Of a DNA stretch of 64,000 nucleotides, positions 1-8,999 are shown one piece after another. The first letter of the stretch is position 1. Each line of letters starts with the position of its first letter. The notes below the pieces were generated by a model that saw nothing but the letters and a program-made list of their open reading frames with translations, was not told the DNA's origin and searched no databases. This stretch comes from Minisyncoccota bacterium (GTDB lineage: Bacteria; Patescibacteriota; Minisyncoccia; Phycocordibacterales; UBA9973): the NCBI GenBank assembly GCA_036405895.1, contig DASWWS010000002.1, forward strand, positions 20,903 through 84,902, in the 5' to 3' direction. Both the position numbers and the translations under genes were made by a program.

Positions 1-153
1 AGTATACTCATCGGTATTTCCGATAGCATAGCTGTAGTCTTGGTCGTAGTCATACGCCCCGTCCCATGCCGTGTCGACAATTTTGTATGCTGCGAACGAT
101 CCAACAACAACAAAAATCAAAAAATAGATAAGAGATTTTCGGACTGAAAACAT
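1..153 (-). CDS. partial CDS (N-terminal 51 codons; continues past window start), hypothetical membrane-anchored protein
   Basis: ATG at 151-153 on minus strand, open to window edge; N-terminus MFSVRKSLIYFLIFVVVGSF is a hydrophobic anchor; acidic Tyr/Asp-rich tail. Confidence 0.3.
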   Translation of the reverse strand, partial: MFSVRKSLIYFLIFVVVGSFAAYKIVDTAWDGAYDYDQDYSYAIGNTDEYT

Positions 154-190
154 GTGCTCTTAGTATATCACGGCTCGCGCGCGTGCAAAC

Positions 191-1378
191 TTATTTGTAA
201 TAGCGAGCAATGAATGACTGCTTATGCTCAAGAAAGCTTCCGTCGAGAATGCTCGCGCGCATTGCTTCTACCAGGCGCAATATAAAATGAAGATTGTGTA
301 TTGAAGCAAGTGTGCCGGCAGCAGACTCGTTCGCCCGGAACAAATGCGCAATATACGCGCGAGTGTGGTGGGTGCAGGTGTAGCAGGTGCAATCCTGTTC
401 GATAGGAGCAAAGTCTGTCATGAAGGCAGAGTTTTTGATATTGATGCGCCCGTCCGCGGTGTGGATGGTGCCGTGGCGGCCCATGCGGGTAGGCGCAATG
501 CAATCAAACAAATCGCACCCCGCCTCTACTGCATTAAAAATATCCATAGGCTCTCCGATACCGAGCAAGTGCCGCGGCTTGTTTTCGGGCAAGATCGCAT
601 TCACCCACCCTACAGCATTTCCAATATCGTCTTTTGTAAATGAGCCCCCAATACCAAAGCCGTCGAAATCAAGCGCACCAAGTGTTTTCGCTGCGTGTTC
701 GCGCAGGTCTTGATGGCGCCCGCCTTGAATCACGCCGAAGATTGATTGCTTCTTTTCTGTATCGAGCTCTTCGTGCCGTGCTAAAGAACGCAGTGCCCAC
801 TCATATGTTCGGTCGAGGGATTTTTTCTGGTATTCATACGGCGCAGTAGGGCTCGTGCATTCATCAAATGCAAATATCATATCGGCTCCGAGCTTCCATT
901 GTATTTCCATGCTTCGCTCAGGCGTGAACAGATGCTTGCTTCCATCGATATGGCTTTTGAATTCCACTCCTTCGTCGGTCACTGTTGCGAGCTGGCCTTT
1001 TGTCGTAGACACATCCTCAAGCGGAGCGTCATTGTTGCGAGTGACCTTGCTCACATGGCTTCCGAATGCAGCGCCGAGAGAAAATGCTTGAAACCCGCCT
1101 GAGTCCGTCATGGTCGGCCCGTGCCAGTCCATAAAAGGACCAAAGCCTCCCGCTTTTTCTATAATGTCTTCACCTGGCTGAAGGTAGAGGTGGTAGGTAT
1201 TTGCCAATACTACTTGAGCATTCAAGCTTCGCACCTGCTCCGCCGTGAGCGCCTTTACTGCGGCCTTTGTCCCCACGGTCACAAAAGCCGGTGTCTCGAT
1301 AGACCCATTCAGTGTTTCAATCACCCCTGCTCGCGCAAGTGTTCCGTCTAATTTTTTCTCTATAGTAAATTTCAGCAT
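191..1378 (-). CDS. tgt: queuine tRNA-ribosyltransferase
   Basis: 395 aa; full-length similarity to Tgt incl. zinc site CTCYTC...H near C-terminus and DxGGF-type core; ATG at 1376-1378. Confidence 0.85.
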   Translation of the reverse strand: MLKFTIEKKLDGTLARAGVIETLNGSIETPAFVTVGTKAAVKALTAEQVRSLNAQVVLANTYHLYLQPGEDIIEKAGGFGPFMDWHGPTMTDSGGFQAFSLGAAFGSHVSKVTRNNDAPLEDVSTTKGQLATVTDEGVEFKSHIDGSKHLFTPERSMEIQWKLGADMIFAFDECTSPTAPYEYQKKSLDRTYEWALRSLARHEELDTEKKQSIFGVIQGGRHQDLREHAAKTLGALDFDGFGIGGSFTKDDIGNAVGWVNAILPENKPRHLLGIGEPMDIFNAVEAGCDLFDCIAPTRMGRHGTIHTADGRINIKNSAFMTDFAPIEQDCTCYTCTHHTRAYIAHLFRANESAAGTLASIHNLHFILRLVEAMRASILDGSFLEHKQSFIARYYK

Positions 1379-1443
1379 TACAAAGACATACTAGCAGGAA
1401 TTGAGGAAATAAAAAGCTAAATATTAGCATTCGAGCAAAAAGA

Positions 1444-1512
1444 AAAATATGCTTCGAAGCTGTGTCTGAGGGCTTTAGACCGAGTTCTGCAGAAGCATAT
1501 TTTTCTTGTTTG
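1444..1512 (-). terminator. structured bidirectional terminator-like hairpin downstream of mreC
   Basis: outer stem aaaaatatgcttc / gaagcatattttt enclosing palindromic sub-stems (cttcgaag, ttctgcagaa), T-runs on both sides. Confidence 0.4.
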
Positions 1513-1530
1513 CGAAGAATGCGTACTCTA

Positions 1531-2286
1531 CTATCTCACCACCACCCACTTAAGGGCGGTAAGATTTACTGGCGCTTTTGCAAGGAGGCGCTGGAACGGG
1601 TCGCGCGGGTCAGTGATGATTTTCTGCACTTCAGCCAATACTGCCGGGTACACGCTTTGAAGCGCAATTGCAGAGCCAATATCAAAATGCACGTCGCGCG
1701 GCATGCGCACTTCGTATTCCCCGCCCCCGCGCCCAATCAATGTCACCGCAACATCGCTTCCCACTGCAGTTCCGCTTGTTTCGCGGCCCGGTGCACTGAA
1801 GAGTGTTACTACTGCAGTATTGTCTGATACCGAGCTGACAGTTCCGAGTGCGATGGCATTAAATGCATATGCCTGTTGTTCCACTTGCACCCCCTGCATG
1901 CTTCCTGCATCAATCACAAACGTGTCATAAAAGCTGCGGTTGGGCACAGTGAGCACATGGGCCAAAATTCCGCGCGACTGAGGGTCGCGCCCTAGCTCTG
2001 CTTTCAGGGCAGTATTCTCGCTCTGAAGCAGTGAAACTCCTGCAATGTGCGAATTGTAGCTATCAAGCGTGCTTTGCAGTTCGTAGAGCTTTGTCGAGAG
2101 CTGTTTGCGTGACATCAGTGCTGTATCAAAAGAGTCCGGGTACAAAGGGATAATCGCTTGCGCCTGCGACTTCACAAGGGCTCGCGCAATAAACACAACA
2201 GCTACCACGGCAACAACAATGCCGGCAACGCGGAGCAGTATATTGAGAGGGTTTTGTTTTCGACGGGTGGTTTTATATTGTGACAT
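1531..2286 (-). CDS. mreC: rod shape-determining protein MreC
   Basis: 251 aa, N-terminal TM anchor then coiled coil and beta-rich C-domain; immediately downstream of mreB. Confidence 0.7.
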   Translation of the reverse strand: MSQYKTTRRKQNPLNILLRVAGIVVAVVAVVFIARALVKSQAQAIIPLYPDSFDTALMSRKQLSTKLYELQSTLDSYNSHIAGVSLLQSENTALKAELGRDPQSRGILAHVLTVPNRSFYDTFVIDAGSMQGVQVEQQAYAFNAIALGTVSSVSDNTAVVTLFSAPGRETSGTAVGSDVAVTLIGRGGGEYEVRMPRDVHFDIGSAIALQSVYPAVLAEVQKIITDPRDPFQRLLAKAPVNLTALKWVVVR

Positions 2287-3316
2287 GGTCAGTTAAAGGA
2301 ATGATAACAGAAGTATACTCCTCGAACTGGTCGAGGATAATCCCTGTTCCTCGCGCAACAGCCGAAAGCGGGTCGGGGGCAACATGTACCGGGAGCTTCA
2401 GCTCTTCTTGTAGCAAGCCCTGTAGTCCGCGCAAGAGCGCGCCTCCGCCGGTGAGCACTATCCCGCTTCCGATAATATCAGCAACCATTTCAGGCGGCGC
2501 AGTTTCCAATACTTCTTGGATGCCCACCACTACCAATGCAACAGACCGAGCGATTGCTTCGCGAATATCGCCGTCGGTGATCATCAAAGCTTTCGGGAGG
2601 CCGGACACCAAGTCGCGACCGCGCACTTCTATTTCCATATAATCTGTTTCGCTTGCGCTCCCCAAAGAAAGTTTTACATTCTCCGCTGTCGGCTCCCCGA
2701 TCAATAATTTAAATTCGTCTCGCATGTACTCGACAACGCGCATGTTGAAGTGATCGCCCGCAACTTTCAAGTTAAGCGACCGCACTATTCCTCCCAGTGC
2801 AATGAGTGCAACGTCGGTTGTTCCCCCTCCAATGTCGACAATAAATGTCGCCGTTGAAGAAAGCACCGGCAAGCGCACGCCAATAGCCGCAGCCATTGCC
2901 TCTTCCACCAAATACACCTCGCGCGCTCCCGCATCGATTGCTGCATCATAGACTGCGCGCATTTCAACGTTGGTGATGCCGCTTGGCACACCAATCACCA
3001 CGCGCGGGCGGAAGAATTTCGGCGAGAGTTTCTCGGCTTTTCGGATAAAGTACGCAAGCATCTCTTCGGTCATTTCAAAATCACTTACCACTCCTTCGCA
3101 CAACGGGCGCACGATTTGGATGTGGGCGGGGGTCTTGCCCCACATGTTCTTTGCTTCGCGCCCCACTGCCACGATCTGTCCGGTCTTTTGGTTTACCGCC
3201 ACAATCGACGGCTCGTTGATGATAATGCCGTGCCCCTTCAAATACACGAGCGTATTCGCCGTGCCCAAATCTATCCCTATATCATTGGAAAACTTTTCGT
3301 AAAAACTTTTAAACAT
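2273..3316 (-). CDS. mreB: rod shape-determining actin homolog MreB
   Basis: MFKSFYEKFSNDIGIDLGTANTLVY actin-fold phosphate-1 motif; likely ATG at 3316 (track ORF begins at a TTG at 3331). Confidence 0.9.
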   Translation of the reverse strand: MFKSFYEKFSNDIGIDLGTANTLVYLKGHGIIINEPSIVAVNQKTGQIVAVGREAKNMWGKTPAHIQIVRPLCEGVVSDFEMTEEMLAYFIRKAEKLSPKFFRPRVVIGVPSGITNVEMRAVYDAAIDAGAREVYLVEEAMAAAIGVRLPVLSSTATFIVDIGGGTTDVALIALGGIVRSLNLKVAGDHFNMRVVEYMRDEFKLLIGEPTAENVKLSLGSASETDYMEIEVRGRDLVSGLPKALMITDGDIREAIARSVALVVVGIQEVLETAPPEMVADIIGSGIVLTGGGALLRGLQGLLQEELKLPVHVAPDPLSAVARGTGIILDQFEEYTSVIIPLTDHVTI

Positions 3317-4559
3317 GCGTAACTTTTGCAATTGCTTCCATTGTATTCATTACTTCTCCCTTCTCTGCTGTGCGGTGCTTGTATTCAACCCCGCCGGCTG
3401 CGATGGATCGGTCAGAAACAACAATGCGGTGCGGAATACCGATAAGGTCGGCGTCGGCAAACTTCTCGCCTGCCTGCGCACCCATTCTGTCGTCAAAGAG
3501 TACTTCGACTCCTTGAGTTGTTAATTCAGCATACAATTTCTCTGCTTCGTCTTTTGACCCTTCGCCCAATTGAAGCAAATGCACAGCAAACGGTGCAATA
3601 GATTCCGGCCATACAATTCCCTTCTCGTCAGAGAGCACCTCAACGACAGTACCGATTAATCGAGTAATGCCGATGCCGTAGGAGCCCATAAATACAGGGA
3701 TTTCATTTCCATCAGCGTCTTTATACGTAAGATCGAACGGTTCGGAGAACTTTGAACCCAGTGAGAAAATATTCCCGACCTCGATTGCTTTCTTTTCTAT
3801 AAGCTCTTCCTTTGTAAGACCAATCTCTGCAAGCACCTCATCGGTATACACCTCTTTGTTTACTGCAATACCTTTCTCTTTTGAAACATAAATAATATCC
3901 TCTCCCGCTTCTGAAACAGTTTGAAATTCGTGCGAATATTTTGAAAACGTACCGCCAGACGCAAAAGTAATATATGTAGATTCGCCAAGGCCCGCCCGCT
4001 CGTACACACGCTTGTACGCGCCTTTTATTTTCTCATAAAAGAGATTGTGCTGTTCGAGGTCGGTTGAAAACGAATAGAGTGCCTTCCAATAAAATTCGCG
4101 TCCGCGCATGATTCCTGACTTGCTGCGTGTTTCATTTCTAAAGATTGTTTTGAAGTCGTACGGATAGAGCGGCAGGTCTTTGTACGAATTAACAAAACTT
4201 TTTACGATGTTCGAGTATGCTTCTTCGTTGGTAAATGAAAGGCCGACTTCTGTGCCATTCTTCAGCGTTGTTTTAAACCAATTGTCCACCACCTCATCGT
4301 CCCAGCGGTTTGTCTTCTCCCACACTTCCTTGCTCTGAAGCGCCGATGTTTTCATCTGCACGCCCCCCACAGCATCCATCTCTTCTTTGACGATGCTAAT
4401 CACCTTCTCCATAACCCGCTGCCCCAATGGAAGCATGCTGTAAACGCCTGCCATTTCCTTGAAAATGTAGCCTGCACGGATCAAAAGCTGCGCGTTTTTA
4501 GCAACCTCATCGGCCGGGCTTTCTTTCTTGGTTTTCGTAAACAATTGGCTTTGGCGCAT
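3309..4559 (-). CDS. proS: proline--tRNA ligase (short bacterial-type, no editing insertion)
   Basis: N-terminus MRQSQLFTKTKKESPADEV...LLIRAGYI typical ProRS; 416 aa implies INS editing domain absent. Confidence 0.85.
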   Translation of the reverse strand: MRQSQLFTKTKKESPADEVAKNAQLLIRAGYIFKEMAGVYSMLPLGQRVMEKVISIVKEEMDAVGGVQMKTSALQSKEVWEKTNRWDDEVVDNWFKTTLKNGTEVGLSFTNEEAYSNIVKSFVNSYKDLPLYPYDFKTIFRNETRSKSGIMRGREFYWKALYSFSTDLEQHNLFYEKIKGAYKRVYERAGLGESTYITFASGGTFSKYSHEFQTVSEAGEDIIYVSKEKGIAVNKEVYTDEVLAEIGLTKEELIEKKAIEVGNIFSLGSKFSEPFDLTYKDADGNEIPVFMGSYGIGITRLIGTVVEVLSDEKGIVWPESIAPFAVHLLQLGEGSKDEAEKLYAELTTQGVEVLFDDRMGAQAGEKFADADLIGIPHRIVVSDRSIAAGGVEYKHRTAEKGEVMNTMEAIAKVTHV

Positions 4560-4603
4560 ATAGACTCATATTCGCACAAAACGGCAAAAAAAAGAAGTAT
4601 GTA

Positions 4604-4632
4604 TTGATAAAAAGGCCTTTAAATGCTATAGT
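4604..4632 (+). promoter_or_regulatory. sigma70-like promoter for rpsB-tsf (TTGATA -35, 17 nt spacer, TATAGT -10)
   Basis: TTGATA at 4604-4609 and TATAGT at 4627-4632, read directly from sequence. Confidence 0.55.
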
Positions 4633-4701
4633 AACGGCTCGTCATTTGGACGAATTATTCAGATAAAAAGGGTGCCCAATGGCACTCTGCTACAGATTGT
4701 T

Positions 4702-5376
4702 ATGAAAAAAATAGAACCTACTACCCTCATGGAGGCGGGCGTACACTACGGCTACAGCCGTACTCGCCGCCACCCTACCGTTACCAACTTTATTTATGGT
4801 AATAAAAACGGCGTTGATATTATCGACGCTGAAAAAACAGCTGCATCTCTCGAGAAAGCCGGAGAATTTTTGGCGTCTCTTGGGGCAGCCGGAAAGAACG
4901 TACTTTTCGTTGGCGTAAAGCCTGAAGCGCGGGGTGCAACTATCGCAACAGCGGGTGCACTCTCTCAGCCATTCGTTACAGAACGATGGATCGGAGGCAT
5001 GCTCACCAACTTCGTTCAGATGAAGGTGCGCATCCAGAAGCTCGAAAAGATGCGCGAAGACCGCACTAACGGCGAATTTGAAAAGTACACCAAGAAAGAA
5101 CAGATTCTTCTCACTCGTGAGATGGCTCGCTTGGACAAATACTTTGCGGGCGTTGTAGGACTCTACAAAATGCCGGAAGCAGTCGTAATCATTGACCCGA
5201 AAAAGGAATCAATCGCGCTCTTGGAAGCTCGCAAGATGAACATCCCTGTTATCTCTATCGGAAACACTGACTGTTCAGTACGCGGCATTGAATACCCTAT
5301 TGTTGCAAATGACAGTTCTACCTCGAGTATTGCGGCTATCCTTGGTATACTCAAGGACGCATTCGAAGGAAAGTAA
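4702..5376 (+). CDS. rpsB: 30S ribosomal protein S2
   Basis: MKKIEPTTLMEAGVHYGYSRTRRHP matches S2 N-terminus spacing (E. coli ...LKAGVHFGHQTR); track ORF starts at upstream GTG 4672; ATG 4702 preferred. Confidence 0.85.
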   Translation: MKKIEPTTLMEAGVHYGYSRTRRHPTVTNFIYGNKNGVDIIDAEKTAASLEKAGEFLASLGAAGKNVLFVGVKPEARGATIATAGALSQPFVTERWIGGMLTNFVQMKVRIQKLEKMREDRTNGEFEKYTKKEQILLTREMARLDKYFAGVVGLYKMPEAVVIIDPKKESIALLEARKMNIPVISIGNTDCSVRGIEYPIVANDSSTSSIAAILGILKDAFEGK

Positions 5377-5431
5377 TTTCCTATTCCTCTGCAATGGGGC
5401 GTATATTTTCAGCTTAAATTTTTAACCCACT

Positions 5432-6208
5432 ATGATCACTACAGAACAAGTAAAGGAACTTCGCGACAAGACAGGTATCAGCGTTATGCAGTGCCGCAAA
5501 GCGCTTGAAGAAGCCGAAGGCGACATGGACAAGGCTGTTATCCTCCTTCAGAAGAAGGGTGCGGATATTGCTGCAAAGAAAGGCGACCGCGATGCTTCAG
5601 ACGGCACAGTAGTTGTACGCACTGACGGCAAGCGCGCGCTTACTCTTATCCTTAACTGCGAAACTGACTTCGTGGCAAAGAACGAAGACTTCGTAGCGCT
5701 TATTAACAAGCTCGCTGACGTAGCGTGGGAAAGTGGCATCGATGCTATGCGCGAAGCTGCACCGGCTCTCATCAGCGATGTAGTGCTCAAGATCGGGGAA
5801 AAGATCGAGCTTGGCCAAGTGGAAGAAATCTCAGGCGACGCTGTTGGCGCATACACTCACCACACCGGCAAAACTGCTGCTGTGGTAGTGCTCGCTGGCG
5901 GAACTCCTGATGTTGCAAAAGACATCGCAATGCATGTTACTGCAATGAAGCCTGCATTCCTCTCAGGAACTGAAATTTCTGAAGAGAACAAGGCAAACGT
6001 TATGGAAGTATTGAAAGCGGAAGTTGAAAATTCTGACAAGCCTGAAGAAATGAAAGCAAAAATCCTTGAAGGAAAGATCGCATCATTCTTCAAAGAGCAG
6101 ACCCTTCTCGACCAGCCATTCTTCAAGACTCCTGAAAAGACCATTGAACAGTTCGCAAAAGACAATGGAGCGACAGTCGAAAAGTTTGTGATCTATAACG
6201 TAGCATAA
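5432..6208 (+). CDS. tsf: elongation factor Ts
   Basis: MITTEQVKELRDKTGISVMQCRKALEEAEGDMDKA UBA-like N-terminus typical of EF-Ts; classical rpsB-tsf pairing. Confidence 0.9.
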   Translation: MITTEQVKELRDKTGISVMQCRKALEEAEGDMDKAVILLQKKGADIAAKKGDRDASDGTVVVRTDGKRALTLILNCETDFVAKNEDFVALINKLADVAWESGIDAMREAAPALISDVVLKIGEKIELGQVEEISGDAVGAYTHHTGKTAAVVVLAGGTPDVAKDIAMHVTAMKPAFLSGTEISEENKANVMEVLKAEVENSDKPEEMKAKILEGKIASFFKEQTLLDQPFFKTPEKTIEQFAKDNGATVEKFVIYNVA

Positions 6209-6221
6209 GCAGGGCCGTTGT

Positions 6222-6608
6222 ATGGTTACAACACTCCTCATTGTTCTCGCTGTACTTATTGTCCTGTTCTGGCTCTCTGTCATGCTTCTGTGGTGGCACG
6301 AAAGCGAGGCGCGCGAACACGCAACCCTTGACCGCGTAGCCATGCGCCAAGTAGAGCGGGCTATCCGCCTGACGCGCCGCAGCTACTATGCAGGAGCGCT
6401 CTATACCCGCCGTGCATTCAATTGGGGAAATAAGAGCGTAGCCCGAGCCTTTGTTCACGTGTTCCCGAAAGCAGCCCCCCTATTCCAAAAGCATGATGTG
6501 CTGGCAGGCCTTGAAAGCGGCCCTTCCTCATACTTCCTTCACAGCATTTCACGCTCAAAGGAAGAGGGTGAAAAGCCGAAAATCCGCAGAAAGAAAATAG
6601 TTGCATAA
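6222..6608 (+). CDS. hypothetical membrane-anchored protein
   Basis: 128 aa, N-terminal TM helix (LLIVLAVLIVLFWLSVMLLWW), basic C-terminus; no recognisable family. Confidence 0.4.
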   Translation: MVTTLLIVLAVLIVLFWLSVMLLWWHESEAREHATLDRVAMRQVERAIRLTRRSYYAGALYTRRAFNWGNKSVARAFVHVFPKAAPLFQKHDVLAGLESGPSSYFLHSISRSKEEGEKPKIRRKKIVA

Positions 6609-6613
6609 AATCG

Positions 6614-6636
6614 TTTTTTCATTATAATGAAAAAAC
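6614..6636 (+). terminator. AT-rich hairpin (weak terminator candidate)
   Basis: gttttttcatt-ata-aatgaaaaaac perfect inverted repeat right after stop of 6222..6608. Confidence 0.25.
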
Positions 6637-6666
6637 TCGAGAGTTAATTTATTAACACTCGGGTAC

Positions 6667-6742
6667 GCCGCTTTAGCTCAGTTGGTAGAGCTACACTTTT
6701 GTAAAGTGAGGGTCGTCAGTTCGAGTCTGACAAGCGGCTCCA
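6667..6742 (+). tRNA. tRNA-Thr (anticodon TGT)
   Basis: hand-folded cloverleaf: acceptor GCCGCTT/AAGCGGC, D-stem GCTC/GAGC, anticodon loop TT-TGT-AA, 5-nt variable loop, T-arm GTCAG-TTCGAGT-CTGAC, encoded CCA; one A27-A43 mismatch. Confidence 0.85.
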
Positions 6743-6747
6743 ATAAT

Positions 6748-6778
6748 AAAAACCCCATTCCTAGGAATGGGGTTTTTA
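6748..6778 (+). terminator. rho-independent terminator after tRNA-Thr
   Basis: ccccattcc-tag-gaatgggg GC-rich hairpin flanked by A-run and T-run. Confidence 0.75.
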
Positions 6779-6862
6779 TTATTGGTCACCACATTTGTCA
6801 TCCTCTCGAACCGAAGACCTTGTTCCGAGGGTCTTTCGAGTCTGACTTCTAGCAACAACACT

Positions 6863-6881
6863 CAGAAGGACCGTCCTTCTG
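6863..6881. repeat. GGAC-N-GTCC hairpin repeat, arm type A (cagaaggac-c-gtccttctg)
   Basis: perfect 9+1+9 palindrome; identical copies at 43951, 44861, 57778. Confidence 0.85.
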
Positions 6882-6884
6882 AAC

Positions 6885-6909
6885 CTGAGCGGGGACGGTC
6901 CTTGCTAGG
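6885..6909. repeat. degenerate type B hairpin repeat (ctgagcggggacggtccttgctagg)
   Basis: right arm and core identical to type B (ggacggtccttgctagg); left arm mutated; sits 3 nt after type A copy as in the 43951-43996 pair. Confidence 0.6.
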
Positions 6910-6921
6910 TATTCTGCACGA

Positions 6922-8310
6922 CTATTTCACCTCCCCTATCAACACTTGGCACGAGCCGTGGTTTGCGATGGCGGTGAAGTTCACTTTTGGAGCAAGGGTA
7001 TCAAGAAGAAGTGCTGTCTCTGCGCCACAACTCCCTCCCGCCTGACACTGCAGTAAGTCGCATGAGTTGAAATAGAGGAAATCAATATCATTTTCATTAC
7101 TATCAAATGCAATAAGATATTTGGCAGTCGTTTCAAAAGAACCAATCAATCGGACTGGTGCAAACGCCGCAATTGAAGGGTGCGTGGAGAGCACGGTCGC
7201 ACCAGGATACTCTCTGAAGCTTTTGTAGTACTCCTCGAGGATTTTATTCTTACCAAAACCGATGTTTGCGTGGAGCATGAGGAAAAATCCCGCAACCGCA
7301 AGTATTGAAACCGCACTAACGAGGACGGTCCTCGTTAGTGTTTTGGTGCGAGAAAAGAGGGTGGCAATACCAAGACCTGCCAAGAGTGCCAGAGGGGCAA
7401 ATGCCGGCATAATATAGCGCGGTTCTTTATGCTCCTCCATGCTGAAATAAAGAAAGAATGACACTGCAACAAAAGCGAGTATTCCGATAACAATATTCTT
7501 TGTCTGCTCATTCTTTTTGTAAAAGAAAAACGGTATGAGAGAAAATATGACCAATGGTGCGCCCAATACTAGTACGCCGACATAAAACAATGCATGCTCC
7601 CTGTAGAGAAAGCTCACTTCGTGTGCAACCCGCGCGCCTTCAGTGATAGGCATCAGTGCCCCACCAAAGAGAAAGATATTGCTGATGAGGTATGTCGCGA
7701 GAATAAGGAGGGCCCCAAGCGAAAAATGCATTCCGCGTTTTATAACAACAGAAATATGCTTTGTTTCTATCCATGCCTGCACTGCAAGCGCGATGCCAAA
7801 GAGCGGGATTAACAATCCGTATGGAAAGCGAAGCAAGAGCATTACTGCCGTTACCACCCCTCCCCACACATACGCACGCTTAATAAAAAGAATATAAAAT
7901 ACTATGAAAAATCCGAGTACCCCAAATACTTCAGTGGTTGGAAGCGTGCTAAACGTATTAAACAGTGTGGCACTTGCAAGCACTACAGCTGCCCACCCGC
8001 CGGCAGTTGGCATATACTGCTCTCCTACTTTGTACGCCACATAGAGTGCACCAAAGGATGCAAAAATGGTGAGCCCTATTGCCCATGCAATGGGGATGCC
8101 GAACAATGCCCCAAATGAAAACAACAATGGCAGCAGTGGCGGGCGGTACACTTCCCAAAATCCTAAGCTTCCGAAACTTTCAATGTAGCGCCCCATGCCG
8201 ACATACACAGCGGCATCCCATGCAAACGCAGAGGGCCACAGTAGAAGGTACACAATGCGGCAAGCGAGAATGCCGAGCGCTATGACAAACAGCAGCCGCG
8301 ACAATTTCAT
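6922..8310 (-). CDS. GT39/ArnT-like (PMT_2 family) integral membrane glycosyltransferase
   Basis: 462 aa, about 11 predicted TM helices, N-terminal half resembles dolichyl-phosphate-mannose/undecaprenyl-sugar transferases; C-terminal soluble Cys-rich domain. Confidence 0.6.
   Translation of the reverse strand: MKLSRLLFVIALGILACRIVYLLLWPSAFAWDAAVYVGMGRYIESFGSLGFWEVYRPPLLPLLFSFGALFGIPIAWAIGLTIFASFGALYVAYKVGEQYMPTAGGWAAVVLASATLFNTFSTLPTTEVFGVLGFFIVFYILFIKRAYVWGGVVTAVMLLLRFPYGLLIPLFGIALAVQAWIETKHISVVIKRGMHFSLGALLILATYLISNIFLFGGALMPITEGARVAHEVSFLYREHALFYVGVLVLGAPLVIFSLIPFFFYKKNEQTKNIVIGILAFVAVSFFLYFSMEEHKEPRYIMPAFAPLALLAGLGIATLFSRTKTLTRTVLVSAVSILAVAGFFLMLHANIGFGKNKILEEYYKSFREYPGATVLSTHPSIAAFAPVRLIGSFETTAKYLIAFDSNENDIDFLYFNSCDLLQCQAGGSCGAETALLLDTLAPKVNFTAIANHGSCQVLIGEVK
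7314..7340. repeat. type C hairpin repeat (cactaacgaggac-g-gtcctcgttagtg) inserted in-frame inside the CDS 6922..8310
   Basis: perfect 13+1+13 palindrome; encodes ...TLTRTVLVS... in the host protein; same arm type as copy at 57745. Confidence 0.85.
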
Positions 8311-8311
8311 A

Positions 8312-8998
8312 TTAATTCTGAGGCGTTACAGGAGTCTTTGGAGCCGGATTCGTAATAGCACTTGGAAGGACAGCTGTGATTTCAGCAAGAGACTTAAAGC
8401 CGTTGACGGTCACGCCGTCTATCACAAGCGCCGGAAGCTGGTCGTTGATGCCATACACGGTCTTGAGCGTTTTAATCGTTGTCAGATCAAGATTTGAATC
8501 AAACGAATAGATGCGCACGTCGTCGTATTTGTTGCGAAGCGCGTCGAGGACATATCCTTGCTTCACGCAGTCCGGACAGACATTTTTGTCAGTATAAAAA
8601 TAGAGGATAGTGACCGGCAGGTTGTTGCAGCGCTCTGCAATTTGTTTTGAAATGACAAAGTCCTTCACCTCCAAAATAGAATACTGCTTTTTGAGTTCAA
8701 GCGAGTCCGCGGCTGATGTTCCGTTTTCTTCGGTGTAGGTAATGCGCTCGGCAAGATTTGCAATTTCTTTTGAAAGATAGGTATTGCCCACATCTTCGCA
8801 GGAAAGGTCTTTAATTAAGTCGAGCTGCGTTTCAGAAGAGAGGATGTCGGTTGCAACACGGTCCTGCAGGTCGCGAATATTCTGAAGCTTGCGCTCGGTG
8901 ATGTACGAGCTGAGAAATACCGCTCCTCCGAAAATGCCGGAAGTTAAGAGAAAGGCGAGAAGATATTTGCTCCATTTGTATCGGTTGAAAAAATTCAT
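8312..8998 (-). CDS. membrane-anchored thioredoxin-fold protein (CxxC)
   Basis: 228 aa, N-terminal TM, CPDC active-site-like motif in C-terminal thioredoxin-like region. Confidence 0.5.
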   Translation of the reverse strand: MNFFNRYKWSKYLLAFLLTSGIFGGAVFLSSYITERKLQNIRDLQDRVATDILSSETQLDLIKDLSCEDVGNTYLSKEIANLAERITYTEENGTSAADSLELKKQYSILEVKDFVISKQIAERCNNLPVTILYFYTDKNVCPDCVKQGYVLDALRNKYDDVRIYSFDSNLDLTTIKTLKTVYGINDQLPALVIDGVTVNGFKSLAEITAVLPSAITNPAPKTPVTPQN

Positions 8999-8999
8999 A

